DNA of 64,000 nucleotides from Candidatus Latescibacterota bacterium (GCA_965261395.1 OZ253462.1:4896001-4960000), one strand, 5' to 3'. Shown: positions 29,701-40,272, counted from the first letter of the stretch. Translations and numbers: made by a program. The notes: generated from the letters alone by a model not told the origin.

Positions 29701-30385
29701 GCCGCTCGACGATCCCCAGGACCGGCCCGAATTTGCAGCCAGCGAGTTGGTCCTCTTCGCCGCAGATCCGGCCGCGCACCACCGCCAGTACGTGTTGGGC
29801 CTACCACCTTGGTCCCTCGGCCAAGTAGACGCACCCCGCCGCCGAGGCATGCTCTATGGCCAGCTAGCCCACGCCGGTATAGAAGCCCTGAGCAACAGCC
29901 CAGATGCCGACCCCACAGCCCTCGCTGCCGACCTCGTCGCAGCCGTTACCCTACCCGTAGCATCCTATCGCGCCTCGTTCGAGCACGAGTTGGCCGCCCT
30001 GTTGCGCCGTTGTCGCCAATCGCCCTTAGCCGCGCGCTGGCTCACCAATTCGGAGGCTCGCACCGAAGTGCGCTTTACGCTATCGCTGGACCTTGGTTTA
30101 GTTCATGGAGTGGTCGATTACATGGGACGCGGGGCCGACGGACTGTGGGAATTAGTCGATTACAAGACCGGCCACCGCGCGAATACAGAAGAAGCGGTGC
30201 AGCACTACCGACTGCAGTTGAAAATCTACGCCCTCTGCTTACAGACCCTCCATCCGGGCCAAGGCGAATACCGCGCGACGCTGTACTTCACCGACTTCGA
30301 CGAGGCGCGCCTTGTGCGCTTCACACCAGCCGACCTAGCGGCAGCTCGCACCCGCCTCGACGACCTCGTCGCCCAGCTCATTTAG
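26795..30385 (+). CDS. addA: AddA-like UvrD helicase/nuclease subunit
   Basis: GTG start overlapping the addB stop; ASAGAGKT, ITFT.KAA.EM, IDEFQDT, VGDPKQSIYSFR, TVHAAKGLEF, LYVACTRA, GVVD...DYKTG. Confidence 0.85.
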   Translation: MKRAVPLTPVQRMALDSQRNIAVTASAGAGKTATLVERYIELLRLHPEIGVRQVLAITFTQKAAAEMRERIARRLSDALDQDLPEPERQRLRQIRADLPAARISTIHSFCAALLREYPIEADVDPAFAVLEGVDAAQLRSQAVRQTLESLARARDSDPDQEALRRTLAEWPRRYLEQVLEYLLEKKHLARLWCRRYAEQSPDQILSDWRGMQQTACAPACHALLADTHFTAMLAELAALAPLTDISDSAVERLAPLRDPMRRLSQTPPLDEAIEILPRLAEGLLTNGRPLSGSRLGKKSNWEEAALARVRELVPALGRCLAPHTDLLGLKLSAADERAAEVLPALSRVFLRADARCESSKGNGGMLDMDDLLEKSYQLIADDADIRHRLAQHYRFALIDEFQDTDPLQWEIIRSLASPDGQMTGDKLFIVGDPKQSIYSFRAADVTVFARVRDAIAEANAAHQRDSRPFCDNGEVLDASPTERLGTLVMGENFRTLAQPIAFVNALFPKFMQAVPDEPFQVGYDPLVGCRPTSASAGSVELLLLPPDDSRDSTEAALGEAELVARRLSHLLTGSDLQVADQEGLRPPVPGDIALLLRRRRNLFAYEDALRACGIPFQVAGGRGFYQRQEIYDLANILRVLCNSGDSIALMGALRSPYCGLSDNALYALTAPHGGRLAEHLADASQRQHLAPADQEAAADAVARLQHWEGLCDRVPLVELLHTILEDTGAWGFLCYGERGEQAVANVRKLLDLAREFRGPLADFVVRLDLLTTEEEQEGEALLDADALHILTVHAAKGLEFPIVVVPDLAARFNLQTSAPALIDAEKGLGLRTLDPEQGYKKTSSFIRSLINRNASRHQRAEEKRLLYVACTRARDHLLLGGALTDKHFAADLDAAADCLGWICGSLALTETDLARGTKAVAGVPSPLPIHTDPSAFPAPATTAYTAEPAFRALDTAPAQASVPALDLLSPLDDPQDRPEFAASELVLFAADPAAHHRQYVLGLPPWSLGQVDAPRRRGMLYGQLAHAGIEALSNSPDADPTALAADLVAAVTLPVASYRASFEHELAALLRRCRQSPLAARWLTNSEARTEVRFTLSLDLGLVHGVVDYMGRGADGLWELVDYKTGHRANTEEAVQHYRLQLKIYALCLQTLHPGQGEYRATLYFTDFDEARLVRFTPADLAAARTRLDDLVAQLI

Positions 30386-30395
30386 GAGTGTTATA

Positions 30396-32633
30396 ATGCT
30401 ATACTCGACCCTCTCCCTAGCCGCCGTCGTATCCCTAGCCGCCTGCACAGCTCCCGAACAAGCTCGGCCCTCCTCTGCGGCTACTCAGCGAATGGCCGAG
30501 CGTCTGCGACAAATCGCCCACAATCAAAATCCTGTTTCCAACATCTATCTGAACGACTTGCGGGTGGAGCACTTCAGCAGCCGACAAGAACACTTATCTC
30601 CCTTGGCCCGCATGCGGGCCCGGATTTTATTGGCCCGGGAGCGTCTGCGGGCCGGCCAGACGCAGGCTTCCATTGACGAATTCCATCAATTGCGGCCCGA
30701 GCTTGAGCAGCGCCAAGTCCGCATGCAGCCGAGCCTAGACATGCTCTTAGGTCTCGCCTATATGCGCTTGGGTGAGCAGGTCAATTGTCTGGAAGGTCAT
30801 GCGACAGCCTCGTGTCTATTCCCCATCGGCCCCGACGGCGTTCACGCCAACCAGCAGGGATCGCGGACGGCCTTGGACCACTTCACCACTGTGCTGGAGC
30901 AAAATCCCGACGATTTGACCGCTCGCTGGCTTCTTAATATCGCCTATATGACCCTAGGGGAGTACCCCGACCAAGTCCCGTCCCAGTGGCTTATCACGCC
31001 GTCGCTTTTTGCCTCCGAGCACGACATCGGCCACTTCCTCGACATCGCTCCCTTCCTGAGGCTCGATTTGGTATCCCTAGCCGGCGGCAGTATCATGGAC
31101 GACTTTGACAACGACGGTCTACTCGACCTAGTGATCTCTTCCTGGGACCTAGAGGAGCAACTCCGCTATTTTCGCAACCGGGGCGACGGCACTTTTGTCG
31201 AGCGCACTCGGGAAGTCGGCCTCACCGGCATAACCGGTGGCCTGCAGCTGGTCCACGCCGACTTCGACAACGACGGCTGGCTCGATTTTCTGGCTGTGCG
31301 AGGGGCTTGGCAGGGGAGCGACGGCCAGCACCCCAACTCGCTAGTGCACAACCAAGGCGGCACCTTTGCCGATGTGACAGAAGCAGCGGGCTTGCTCAGT
31401 TTCCACCCCACTCAGACGGCGGCTTGGGCTGACGTCGATAACGACGGCCTGCTCGACCTATTCGTCGGCAATGAAACCTTTCCCGGCATCGGCGATGTCC
31501 ACCCCAGTGAGCTCTTCCACAACCAAGGTGACGGTACCTTCGTCGAAAAAGCCGCCTCTCTCGGTTTGGCCACCAAGGGCTTTGTCAAAGGCTCAACTTG
31601 GGGGGACTTTGACAACGATGGGCAGATCGATTTATACGTCTCGCGGTTGATGGGCGACAATTCCCTCTTCCACAATCGCGGAGCCGAACCAGCCGAGGGC
31701 AGCCGCTTCGTAGATGTGGCTGCCCGGGCCGGGGTCAAGCGACCGCACGAGAGTTTTCCCACTTGGTTTTGGGACTTCGACAACGACGGCTGGCTCGACT
31801 TGTTCGCCTCGGGTTATCACTACAACCCCGATCTCAACGCCGGGGATGTAGCAGCCGACTATCTAGGACTGCCCACCGACGCCGAAAGAGCCCGGCTTTT
31901 TCGCAACCAAGGCAACGGCACCTTTGCCGATGTCAGCCAGGCCCGCGACGTCCACCAAGTGCTCTATACGATGGGGTGCAATTACGTCGATCTAGACAAC
32001 GACGGCTGGCTCGATTTCTATGTCGGCACGGGCGCACCTTCCCTGCGCTCGGTGATGCCCAACCGCATGTTCCGCAATGCTGGCGGGCATGTCTTTCAGG
32101 ACGTCACCGCCTCGGGCGGCTTCGGCCATTTGCAGAAAGGGCACGGGGTGGCCGTCGGCGATTTGGACAACGATGGCGACCAGGATATCTACGCGGTCAT
32201 AGGTGGAGCCTATACGGGGGATATCTTCCAGAATGTCCTCTTCGAAAATCCCGGCCACGGGAACCGCTGGGTCACCTTGCTACTGGAGGGTACCCAGGCT
32301 AACCGCAGTGCTATTGGAGCCCGCGTCGAGGTCCAAGTGGAAACTTCGGAGGGCACCCGATCAATCCACAGGATGGTGAGCAGCGGTGCCAGCTTCGGGG
32401 CTTCGAGCCTGCAACAGGAAATCGGTCTGGGACAGGCCTCGGCCATCCAAGAAATCTCGGTGATCTGGCCGGGCGCAGATAAGATCCAACGCTTTGCGGA
32501 TGTTCCGATGGACCGGGCTTATCGGGTGCGGCAAGGTGAAGCGACCTTAATCCCACTAGTGCGACGGTCTGTATCTCTGGCCCCAGAGCGAGATGGCGCT
32601 ACCCAAGTCCACCACAGTCCTGCCCACGATTGA
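30396..32633 (+). CDS. CRTAC1/ASPIC-UnbV family FG-GAP repeat lipoprotein
   Basis: LAAC lipobox; about seven DFDNDG.LD repeats; C-terminal NRSAIGARV...EIGLG...V.WP. Confidence 0.88.
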   Translation: MLYSTLSLAAVVSLAACTAPEQARPSSAATQRMAERLRQIAHNQNPVSNIYLNDLRVEHFSSRQEHLSPLARMRARILLARERLRAGQTQASIDEFHQLRPELEQRQVRMQPSLDMLLGLAYMRLGEQVNCLEGHATASCLFPIGPDGVHANQQGSRTALDHFTTVLEQNPDDLTARWLLNIAYMTLGEYPDQVPSQWLITPSLFASEHDIGHFLDIAPFLRLDLVSLAGGSIMDDFDNDGLLDLVISSWDLEEQLRYFRNRGDGTFVERTREVGLTGITGGLQLVHADFDNDGWLDFLAVRGAWQGSDGQHPNSLVHNQGGTFADVTEAAGLLSFHPTQTAAWADVDNDGLLDLFVGNETFPGIGDVHPSELFHNQGDGTFVEKAASLGLATKGFVKGSTWGDFDNDGQIDLYVSRLMGDNSLFHNRGAEPAEGSRFVDVAARAGVKRPHESFPTWFWDFDNDGWLDLFASGYHYNPDLNAGDVAADYLGLPTDAERARLFRNQGNGTFADVSQARDVHQVLYTMGCNYVDLDNDGWLDFYVGTGAPSLRSVMPNRMFRNAGGHVFQDVTASGGFGHLQKGHGVAVGDLDNDGDQDIYAVIGGAYTGDIFQNVLFENPGHGNRWVTLLLEGTQANRSAIGARVEVQVETSEGTRSIHRMVSSGASFGASSLQQEIGLGQASAIQEISVIWPGADKIQRFADVPMDRAYRVRQGEATLIPLVRRSVSLAPERDGATQVHHSPAHD

Positions 32634-32704
32634 CGAGCCTGCTAAGTCAGCAAGGGGCTACTGAATGGCAACCCCAGAAATAATGACTTGCGTCAGGCGA
32701 CAAT

Positions 32705-32938
32705 TCAGTTATTCGTCCCTCCCATCGCTCCCTGCACGGCCCCAGCACGCGCCAAAACCGCCAGTACCTCCTCGCGCAGGGCCTCCGGCAAGTCCGCGAA
32801 GTTGATCTGCCTAGCCCCGCCAGGCAACTCGGTCCGGCTCTTGTTCCACCCTTCTTCCGCTCGGCACCACCTGATTACCAAACCATTGCCCAAGCGGACA
32901 AAATACGCCCCATCGTCTGTGTAGAGTGCCGCTTTCAT
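32705..32938 (-). CDS. Hypothetical protein (77 aa)
   Basis: GAGGA RBS; fills the intergenic gap; plausible composition. Confidence 0.6.
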   Translation of the reverse strand: MKAALYTDDGAYFVRLGNGLVIRWCRAEEGWNKSRTELPGGARQINFADLPEALREEVLAVLARAGAVQGAMGGTNN

Positions 32939-33038
32939 AGAGTTCCTCTCTCTGAATCACGTCGTTTACTTTCCTCGCCCGACTGCGTACTTTCTTTAAC
33001 TATTCCCAACGCAGCAGACAAATCACGTAGGACATCCA

Positions 33039-34733
33039 ATGCAGATTTCTGCCCTTCGGGCCTTGGCTAATTTCGGCGCACAGGTGCAGCAAGCCGCCGA
33101 GCGCCTGTCCGCCGAGCACGTCTATGAGCGCATTCTCGCGCGCGATCACACGGTCTGGCGACCCGACCCAACTGAGATTGCCAATCGGCTCGGGTGGCTC
33201 GACAGCCCGCGCGTCATGCGGGATGCGATCGGCCCCATTCGCCAATTTATCGACACTGTCCGCGCCGATGGCTACACCCACGCCCTGCTGTTGGGCATGG
33301 GTGGCTCTAGCCTCGCGCCGGAAGTCTTCCGTGCGGTCTTTGGCGTGGCCGATGGATTTCTCGATCTCTCAGTGCTCGACAGCACCCAGCCCGACACCGT
33401 CTTGGCCAAGGCGCGCGCCCTCGACCCAGCCCGCACCCTATTTCTCCCGGCCACCAAGTCCGGTGGCACCGTAGAGACGCTGTCTTTGCTCAAGTACTTC
33501 TACAACCGCACCGCGGACGCCCTCGGGCCAGCGGAGGCCGGGCGGCACTTCGCCGCCATCACCGACCCAGGCAGCGGCCTCGAAGCCCTCGCACAGCGCC
33601 TCGGCTTTCGCCACATCTTCCGCAACGACCCCAACATCGGCGGGCGCTACTCAGCCCTGTCGTACTATGGCTTGGTCGCGGCCGGTGCCATTGGCGCAGA
33701 TCTCTACCGCTTGCTCGACCGGGCCGAGCAAGCCCTCGCCGACCCGCAACCGGGCATCCAACTCGGTGCCTTTCTCGGCGCTGGTGCCCTCGCTGGCCGC
33801 GACAAGCTAACCCTCATCACTTCGCCAGCCGCCAGCGCGGTTGGCGCTTGGATCGAGCAACTCATCGCCGAGAGCACCGGCAAAGACGGCAAGGGCTTGC
33901 TACCTGTCGATCTAGAGCCTGAATGCGCAGCCCACACCTACGGGGATGATCGGCTCTTCGTCCATCTGCGGTTGGACGATGCGGCCGATGTCCGCGCCCA
34001 AGCTATTGCCGCGGCCGGGCACCCGATCTTGTGCCTCCAGCTAGCGGACGCCGACGATCTCGGCGCGGCCTTCTTTCACTGGGAAATTGCCACGTCCATC
34101 GCCGGATTTTTCCTCGACATCCACCCCTTCGACCAGCCCGATGTCGAGGCAGCCAAGGAACTGGCCCGCCAGATGGTGGCCGCCTACCAGCAGCGCGGCG
34201 AGTTGCCCGCCCCCGATCCCGACCTTGTCGATGGCCTCGCGCTATACGGACCAGTGCAGGGCACCACCCTGCCACAGGCCTTGGCGCGCTTTCTGGCAAG
34301 CGGCGAGCCAAGACGCGCGTACATTGCCCTGCAAGCTCACCTCCCGCCGACCCCAGAGACCACCGCCGCCCTCCAAGACTTGCGCCGTCAGCTACTAACA
34401 CACACCGGCCTAGCCACGACCCTCGGCTTTGGCCCGCGCTTCCTGCACTCAACCGGCCAACTGCACAAGGGCGACGCCGGGCGCGGGCTTTTTATGCAGC
34501 TAACGGCCGACTCAGCAGAGGACGCGCCGATTCCCGACGAAGCCGGAGCCTCGGACTCTAACATCACCTTCGGCGTCCTCACCCAAGCCCAAGCCCTCGG
34601 CGACCGCCAAGCTCTCGGCGATCAAGGGCGGGCCGTGCTCCGCATCCATCTAGGCACTGACATCGCCGCGGGCCTTGCCCAGTTGCGCCGCGCCCTAGAC
34701 CCGAACAACGATCCCACAGGAGAAGTCCAATGA
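33039..34733 (+). CDS. pgi: Glucose-6-phosphate isomerase (Tal-Pgi-type Pgi domain)
   Basis: [60 protein letters not shown]. Confidence 0.88.
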   Translation: MQISALRALANFGAQVQQAAERLSAEHVYERILARDHTVWRPDPTEIANRLGWLDSPRVMRDAIGPIRQFIDTVRADGYTHALLLGMGGSSLAPEVFRAVFGVADGFLDLSVLDSTQPDTVLAKARALDPARTLFLPATKSGGTVETLSLLKYFYNRTADALGPAEAGRHFAAITDPGSGLEALAQRLGFRHIFRNDPNIGGRYSALSYYGLVAAGAIGADLYRLLDRAEQALADPQPGIQLGAFLGAGALAGRDKLTLITSPAASAVGAWIEQLIAESTGKDGKGLLPVDLEPECAAHTYGDDRLFVHLRLDDAADVRAQAIAAAGHPILCLQLADADDLGAAFFHWEIATSIAGFFLDIHPFDQPDVEAAKELARQMVAAYQQRGELPAPDPDLVDGLALYGPVQGTTLPQALARFLASGEPRRAYIALQAHLPPTPETTAALQDLRRQLLTHTGLATTLGFGPRFLHSTGQLHKGDAGRGLFMQLTADSAEDAPIPDEAGASDSNITFGVLTQAQALGDRQALGDQGRAVLRIHLGTDIAAGLAQLRRALDPNNDPTGEVQ

Positions 34734-36184
34734 GCCGAGCAGACATCGGTCTAATCGGTCTAGCCGTAATGGGCGAAAACCTCGTCCTCAACATGGCTAG
34801 CCACGGTTTCACCGTTGCCGTTTACAACCGCACAACCGCCAAGGTCGATGCCTTTATGGCCGGTCGCGCCCATGGCAAATCCATCATCGGCACCCACTCG
34901 CCAGCCGAACTGCTTGCCCAGCTCAAAAAGCCGCGCCGCGTGATGCTAATGGTCCAAGCCGGCCAAGCCGTGGACCGCGTCATAGCCGAGCTCGTGCCCC
35001 TACTCGACCCAGGCGACATCCTCATCGACGGCGGCAACTCCAACTACCAAGACACGGCCCGCCGCACCCAAGAGCTAGCGGCCAAAGGCCTGCTCTACGT
35101 GGGCACCGGCGTCTCCGGTGGCGAGGAGGGCGCGCTCAAAGGTCCGAGCATCATGCCCGGCGGCAACCCCGCCGCCTGGCCCCACATCAAAGACCTCTTC
35201 CAAGCCATCGCCGCCAAAGTCGCCGACGGCAGCCCGTGTTGCGATTGGGTGGGACGCGACGGCGCCGGCCACTACGTGAAAATGGTCCACAACGGCATCG
35301 AGTACGGCGACATGCAGATGATCGCCGAGGCATACGCCCTAATGCGCGAGGCCCTCGGCATTGAGCCGCAGGCCCAGAGCGAAATTTTCAAGCAGTGGAA
35401 CGAGGGCGAGCTCGACAGCTACCTCATCGAGATCACCGGCGAGATACTCGCCAAGACAGACGACGAGACCGGCCAGCCGATGGTCGATGTAATACTCGAC
35501 ACGGCCGGCCAAAAGGGCACCGGCAAGTGGACCGGCATCGACGCCCTGCAATTGGGCGCTCCAGTAACCGCCATTACCGAGGCGGTCTTCAGCCGCGCCC
35601 TATCCTTCCTCAAAGACGAGCGCGTGGCTGCGGCCGGCGTTCTCCGAGGCCCAGACGCTTCGTTTACTGGTGACAAAGACACTTTCGTCGCAGACATCCG
35701 CCAAGCCCTGTACGCGGCCAAAATTTGCTCCTACGCCCAAGGCTATCAGTTGCTCGCCCTCGCCGCCCGCGAATACAGCTGGGAACTCAACTACGGCGGC
35801 ATCGCCCTGCTGTGGCGCGGCGGCTGCATCATTCGCGCCCAGTTTTTGGGCCGCATCAAGGAAGCCTTTGACGCCGATCCAACGCTGGCCAATCTGTTGC
35901 TCGCGCCGTACTTCAGCGCAGCACTTGCACAAACCCAAGCGTCTTGGCGCAGAGTCGTGGCCACGGCTGCGACCCTCGGCATACCCGTGCCGACCTTTGC
36001 CAGCGCCCTCGCGTACTACGACGGCTACCGCTCCGCCCGCCTGCCCGCCAATCTGCTCCAAGCCCAGCGCGACTACTTCGGTGCCCATACTTATGAGCGC
36101 ACCGACAAGCCGCGCGGCATCTTCTTCCACACCAACTGGACCGGGCGCGGGGGAACCACGGCATCGACGGCTTACAACGCCTAG
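34730..36184 (+). CDS. gnd: 6-phosphogluconate dehydrogenase (decarboxylating)
   Basis: [55 protein letters not shown]. Confidence 0.98.
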   Translation: MSRADIGLIGLAVMGENLVLNMASHGFTVAVYNRTTAKVDAFMAGRAHGKSIIGTHSPAELLAQLKKPRRVMLMVQAGQAVDRVIAELVPLLDPGDILIDGGNSNYQDTARRTQELAAKGLLYVGTGVSGGEEGALKGPSIMPGGNPAAWPHIKDLFQAIAAKVADGSPCCDWVGRDGAGHYVKMVHNGIEYGDMQMIAEAYALMREALGIEPQAQSEIFKQWNEGELDSYLIEITGEILAKTDDETGQPMVDVILDTAGQKGTGKWTGIDALQLGAPVTAITEAVFSRALSFLKDERVAAAGVLRGPDASFTGDKDTFVADIRQALYAAKICSYAQGYQLLALAAREYSWELNYGGIALLWRGGCIIRAQFLGRIKEAFDADPTLANLLLAPYFSAALAQTQASWRRVVATAATLGIPVPTFASALAYYDGYRSARLPANLLQAQRDYFGAHTYERTDKPRGIFFHTNWTGRGGTTASTAYNA

Positions 36185-36438
36185 TCTAAAAAACGCTTGG
36201 CAAACGCTGCATTGACGCGCGTAATTCGTCGCATGCCGTCGGCGTTTTTGCGCGCTAGTGCCGATACAATCGCCCGTCCGTTTGTATCGTTTCGCTCTAT
36301 GTAAATAGGGCAAAACGCGCCCACCATCCCATGCGCATTCGCATAAAGTAAAAGCGCGAATAAGATAGACTCGCGCTTCTCGATTGCCCTTTTGCCGCGA
36401 CAAAATTTTTCCCTATACGATATGCCAAACCAACGTGC

Positions 36439-36464
36439 CAGTTCCGCAAAATTTTGCGGAACTG
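36439..36464. repeat. Perfect 26-bp palindrome
   Basis: cagttccgcaaaa|ttttgcggaactg. Confidence 0.9.
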
Positions 36465-36719
36465 ATCGGTGCTAATGTCATCTAGACAGTCGCTAGTAAC
36501 TTAGGTTAAGAACAACCCCTATGGTCGTTCTTTGTTCGGATCATCACGAGGGCCTCGTCTCTATTGCACGGATAACAGACGAGGACGTCTGCTGTATCCC
36601 CTTTTGCCACCTTTCCACTAGACGTGCAATGCCACTTTAAAAGTATTTGCTAAATATTATATTTTTCTCTTAATTATTTTATATTAGATACACATTTACT
36701 CATGGTGAAAGGATCTTTC

Positions 36720-37187
36720 ATGCCTAACCTCGCAACTCTTTTGAAAGAGGAGATCAGCAAGATCGTCCGCAAAGAAGTGCAAGACCAAGTGCGCGAACTC
36801 CAGAAAACAGTGCGCGAACAACGCGATGCGCTCGCCCGTTTAGAAAAGCAAAGCGGCCCGGCAAAGGCAAAAGCCGCCGCCAAACCGGCCGCCACCAAAT
36901 CGGCTGCTGCCAAACCGGCCGCCGCCAAACCGGCCGCCGCCAAAGTCAGCAAAGCGCCCGCAGGCGATAAGAGAAAACAAATTCGGATCTCCCCGAATAC
37001 GATCAAGAAGCATCGCAAGCGCCTCAATCTCTCCCAAGCCGAACTCGGCGAACTGCTCAACGTTAGCACCAACACCGTTCTGCGCTGGGAAGCGGGCACA
37101 TCCAAACCGCGTAGCAAGCACCTTTCGGGACTTGGCCAACTCCGCTCCATGGGCCTGCGGGAAGTCAAGAAACAACTCGGCGAGTAA
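36720..37187 (+). CDS. XRE-family HTH protein with coiled coil and AAAKP repeats
   Basis: AAAGGA RBS; MPNLATLLKEEI; C-terminal LSQAELGELLNVSTNTVLRWEAG. Confidence 0.85.
   Translation: MPNLATLLKEEISKIVRKEVQDQVRELQKTVREQRDALARLEKQSGPAKAKAAAKPAATKSAAAKPAAAKPAAAKVSKAPAGDKRKQIRISPNTIKKHRKRLNLSQAELGELLNVSTNTVLRWEAGTSKPRSKHLSGLGQLRSMGLREVKKQLGE
36873..36944 (+). repeat. 15-bp tandem repeat (~5 copies) encoding AAAKP
   Basis: gccgccgccaaaccg units with variants. Confidence 0.85.
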
Positions 37188-37203
37188 CAGGCTTTACAGA
37201 ACG

Positions 37204-37244
37204 AATAAAACCCCCTAGTCCACGCGGACTAGGGGGTTTTTATT
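37204..37244. terminator. Bidirectional Rho-independent terminator
   Basis: aataaaa-ccccctagtcc-acgc-ggactaggggg-tttttatt between convergent genes. Confidence 0.92.
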
Positions 37245-37253
37245 TGACACCTA

Positions 37254-38075
37254 TCACTGCCAACGCGCCAAGTAGTCGCCCATCTGCTGCTGCAATTCCG
37301 CGTTGTCGTGCTTGACGGCTCCTCGCCAGACGATTCGCGCCTTGCGCAATAGCATGGCCTGCGCGGCCGCGACGCGCTCCGGTGCGAGCTGCGGCTCCTC
37401 GCGCAGCAGCTTGTCGAGCGCGTACACCCGGAAGCGATCCATCGCGTAGTGCGCCTGCGATAGTTGATCGGCGTGACCGCCGTATTTGCGGATGAGTTGC
37501 TCCGTCAAATAGACCACTTCATAGCGACAAGTAATCCGCAGCCAAAATTCGTAGTCCTCGCAGGCGGGCAGGCACTCGTCAAACATACCAATGTCCGCAA
37601 AGACCCGGCGGTGAATCGCAATCGACGAAGGCGACATAACACACAAGGGCAAGGCTTTATAGAAAATGTCGCCGCCGAATTTCTGGTGGTGTTTGTGGGG
37701 ATTGACCCGCACGCCATTGCGGATCCAGATCTCGTCGGTGTGGCAGACCAACAACCCGCTCTCGCGCAGGGCCGCTGCTTGGCGTGCGAGTTTATTGGGC
37801 AACCACTCGTCGTCCGAGTCGAGCAGGGCGATCCACTCGCCCTCCGCCGCCGCGATCCCGCGATTGCGCGCGGCGGAGACTCCGCTGTTTTCTTCCAAGA
37901 TCACTATTTTGACTGCACTGCCAAATTCCTCCCGCACCTGCTCGGGCGTACCATCGTCGGAGGCGTCGTCAACCACGATCACCTCAAAATCCGCCCCCTG
38001 CTGTGCCAGTACCGAACGGATCGCCCGGCCGACTAACGCGCGGCGGTTGTACACGGGAATGACCACCGAGAACAC
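37254..38075 (-). CDS. Glycosyltransferase family 2
   Basis: SVVIPVYNR, VVDDASDD, GVSAARN, LDSDD, CEDYEFW. Confidence 0.9.
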   Translation of the reverse strand: MFSVVIPVYNRRALVGRAIRSVLAQQGADFEVIVVDDASDDGTPEQVREEFGSAVKIVILEENSGVSAARNRGIAAAEGEWIALLDSDDEWLPNKLARQAAALRESGLLVCHTDEIWIRNGVRVNPHKHHQKFGGDIFYKALPLCVMSPSSIAIHRRVFADIGMFDECLPACEDYEFWLRITCRYEVVYLTEQLIRKYGGHADQLSQAHYAMDRFRVYALDKLLREEPQLAPERVAAAQAMLLRKARIVWRGAVKHDNAELQQQMGDYLARWQ

Positions 38076-38082
38076 AGCGGCC

Positions 38083-40209
38083 TCAGTTGCCGGCAGCGAG
38101 CGCGGCGGCCGCGTCTAGTTTTTCAACGACCATTTCTGACGTAATAACTTCGGGCAACACCAGCGGCTGGTCGATAAGACCGGCGGGAAAGATGACGTAC
38201 AGGGGCACCCCTGAACGCCCAAAGGCGCGCAAGAGCTGCGTGATCTCGGGATTGCGGTTGGTCCAATCGGCTTTGACTAAAGCCACATTGAGTGCGGCAA
38301 ACCGCTCGCGTACCACTTGCTGCGCCAACACCGCCCGCTCGTTGACTTTGCACGTCCAGCACCACTCGGCCGTAAAGTCGATAAAAACCATCTGCCCACC
38401 CGCGACCAACTCCTCGACACGGGCTGCACTAAACGGCTGCCAGTCTAGTTCAGACGCGGTGGTCTGCTCAGACAAGGTCTGTTCGGCAGCCAGCAACGGA
38501 TGGACAAAGATCGCATAGCTGCCCAAAACCAGCACTAGTGCCACCACTCGGGCCACCCTCTTTGAACGGTTGGGATGCTGGAAGCTGCCCCACTGACCCC
38601 AGACCCAGCAGGCCAGCCCCAGACCCAGCAAAAAGGCCCCCGTCCACACCACGCCTTCGACCCCGACCTGATTGCCCAAGACCCAGAGTAACCACAGCAC
38701 CGTGGCCATCAGCAAAAAGCCCATTAGCTGCTTGAACCACACCATCCAAGGGCCGGGTTTGGGCAAGCGCCCGATCCACGCCGGCTCAATCGCCAGCACC
38801 ACATACGGCAGTGCCATACCCGCGCCAATCGCCAAAAAGACCGCGACGACGACGAGGGCTGGCTGGGCGAAGGCAAACCCAAGCGCGGTGCCTAAAAAGG
38901 GCGCGGTGCAGGGCGTGGCCAGAATCGTCGCCAGCACGCCGTTGAGAAAGGATCCCGTCAATCCCTCGCGTCCATCTAGGCCCCCCAAGCCACTGGTCCC
39001 CGGAAGCAAAATTTCATAGACGCCGAAGAGACTTAGGGCCAACGCGAACACCAAGGCACTCATCGCCACCACAAAACCCGGGTACTGAAACTGAAAGCCC
39101 CAACCGATCTGCTCACCACTGCTTTTGACCAAGAGCACTGCTAGCGCCAGCGCCAAAAAAGTGGCCACAATACCGGCGCAAAACGCCCACCCTAGCTGCT
39201 GCACCCGCTTGGTCTCCTCGCCGGCTTGATTGACAAAGCCGAGCACCTTGAGCGAGATGACCGGCAACACGCAGGGCATTAAGTTGAGGATCAACCCACC
39301 CAGCGCCGCAAAGGCGATATAGACCCACAGCGACCGGGCGACCTCCCCGCTAGCCGCGCGATAATCCCGCTCCAAGATCCCCCCTCCCTGGCGCGGCGCA
39401 GCGCGCAAATCCAGCGCCAGCGTCCCGGCTTGCATCTCGCCATCTAGCCCATAGACGAGCACTCCGCGCAAAGTATCGACTTTGGCAGCCCCGTAGGGTT
39501 TGAGAGCAAGCACGAGGCGATCGGCAGCTAGACGCCGAGTGGAAAACGCAAAACCGTCGGCCGCCAGCGGGTAAAAGTCGGGCACCTGTTCGCCCTGCTC
39601 GAAAGATTTACCCTCGTGGGAAAGGCGCACGTCAACCTCTACAGCCCCTTCGCCCCGCACGGCGAGTTCTACCGCAATGCGCTCGTCCAACGCGCCCGGC
39701 ACCTGCGCCGCATAGCGATCAAATTGCGCCTGCTGAGTACTCGGCTTGCCGACGGAGGCCACCGGCAGCGCCAACGTCAACGACGCCTCGCCGGGGATGC
39801 ACAGTTCGCGGCACACCAGCCAAGAGACCTCGGCCGCAAGGCGCAGCGTATCCCCTGCGGCCAACTCCTTCGGTGCGGTAGCCTCGGCCATGAGCAGCAC
39901 TTCGTCGGCATACCCATAGACCACCAGTTCCCCCTGTTCCTCGAATTTGTTAGGCAAGGGCCATTGCAACGGTCCTGCCACAACACCGGCCGGTAGCTGC
40001 CACTCGACTTCGATCGGCAAGCCAGCGTCGCCGCTAAAAATCCAATAGGTATGCCACTTCTCCTCCATCTTCAGCTCGACCCCCAGCCGAAAGGGCTGGC
40101 CGGGTACCACGGCATCTACATCGGCCAAAAAATTGGCCTGCACCGGGTGATCGTCGGCATTGAGTTGCCCGCAGAGTACTAAAGTGAGAAGAAGGATGAG
40201 ATTGTACAT
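38083..40209 (-). CDS. dsbD: DsbD-family thiol:disulfide interchange protein
   Basis: Signal peptide from ATG 40209; WHTYW, WLVCRELC, LNLMPCVLPV, ATPCTAP, thioredoxin WCWTC. Confidence 0.85.
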   Translation of the reverse strand: MYNLILLLTLVLCGQLNADDHPVQANFLADVDAVVPGQPFRLGVELKMEEKWHTYWIFSGDAGLPIEVEWQLPAGVVAGPLQWPLPNKFEEQGELVVYGYADEVLLMAEATAPKELAAGDTLRLAAEVSWLVCRELCIPGEASLTLALPVASVGKPSTQQAQFDRYAAQVPGALDERIAVELAVRGEGAVEVDVRLSHEGKSFEQGEQVPDFYPLAADGFAFSTRRLAADRLVLALKPYGAAKVDTLRGVLVYGLDGEMQAGTLALDLRAAPRQGGGILERDYRAASGEVARSLWVYIAFAALGGLILNLMPCVLPVISLKVLGFVNQAGEETKRVQQLGWAFCAGIVATFLALALAVLLVKSSGEQIGWGFQFQYPGFVVAMSALVFALALSLFGVYEILLPGTSGLGGLDGREGLTGSFLNGVLATILATPCTAPFLGTALGFAFAQPALVVVAVFLAIGAGMALPYVVLAIEPAWIGRLPKPGPWMVWFKQLMGFLLMATVLWLLWVLGNQVGVEGVVWTGAFLLGLGLACWVWGQWGSFQHPNRSKRVARVVALVLVLGSYAIFVHPLLAAEQTLSEQTTASELDWQPFSAARVEELVAGGQMVFIDFTAEWCWTCKVNERAVLAQQVVRERFAALNVALVKADWTNRNPEITQLLRAFGRSGVPLYVIFPAGLIDQPLVLPEVITSEMVVEKLDAAAALAAGN

Positions 40210-40272
40210 GGGAGCCTCGAAGGAGAGATAAGGAGAAGTTCGGGAGATAGGTTCGTTACAGGTACACCGCCC

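Noticed and set aside
23553-30385. Helicase-nuclease pair as a novel defence system
   Set aside because: Architecture, Fe-S cysteines and host-like composition fit housekeeping AddAB.
36305-36350. AGGGCAAA...GCATAAAG resembling a c-di-GMP-I riboswitch
   Set aside because: Lacks the GAAA-capped P2 stem and the GACGCAAAG junction.
36422-36440. Minus-strand sigma54-like TGGCACG
   Set aside because: The -12 element is off (TG rather than GC at GG+10) and no minus-strand gene follows; mentioned only within the intergenic finding.
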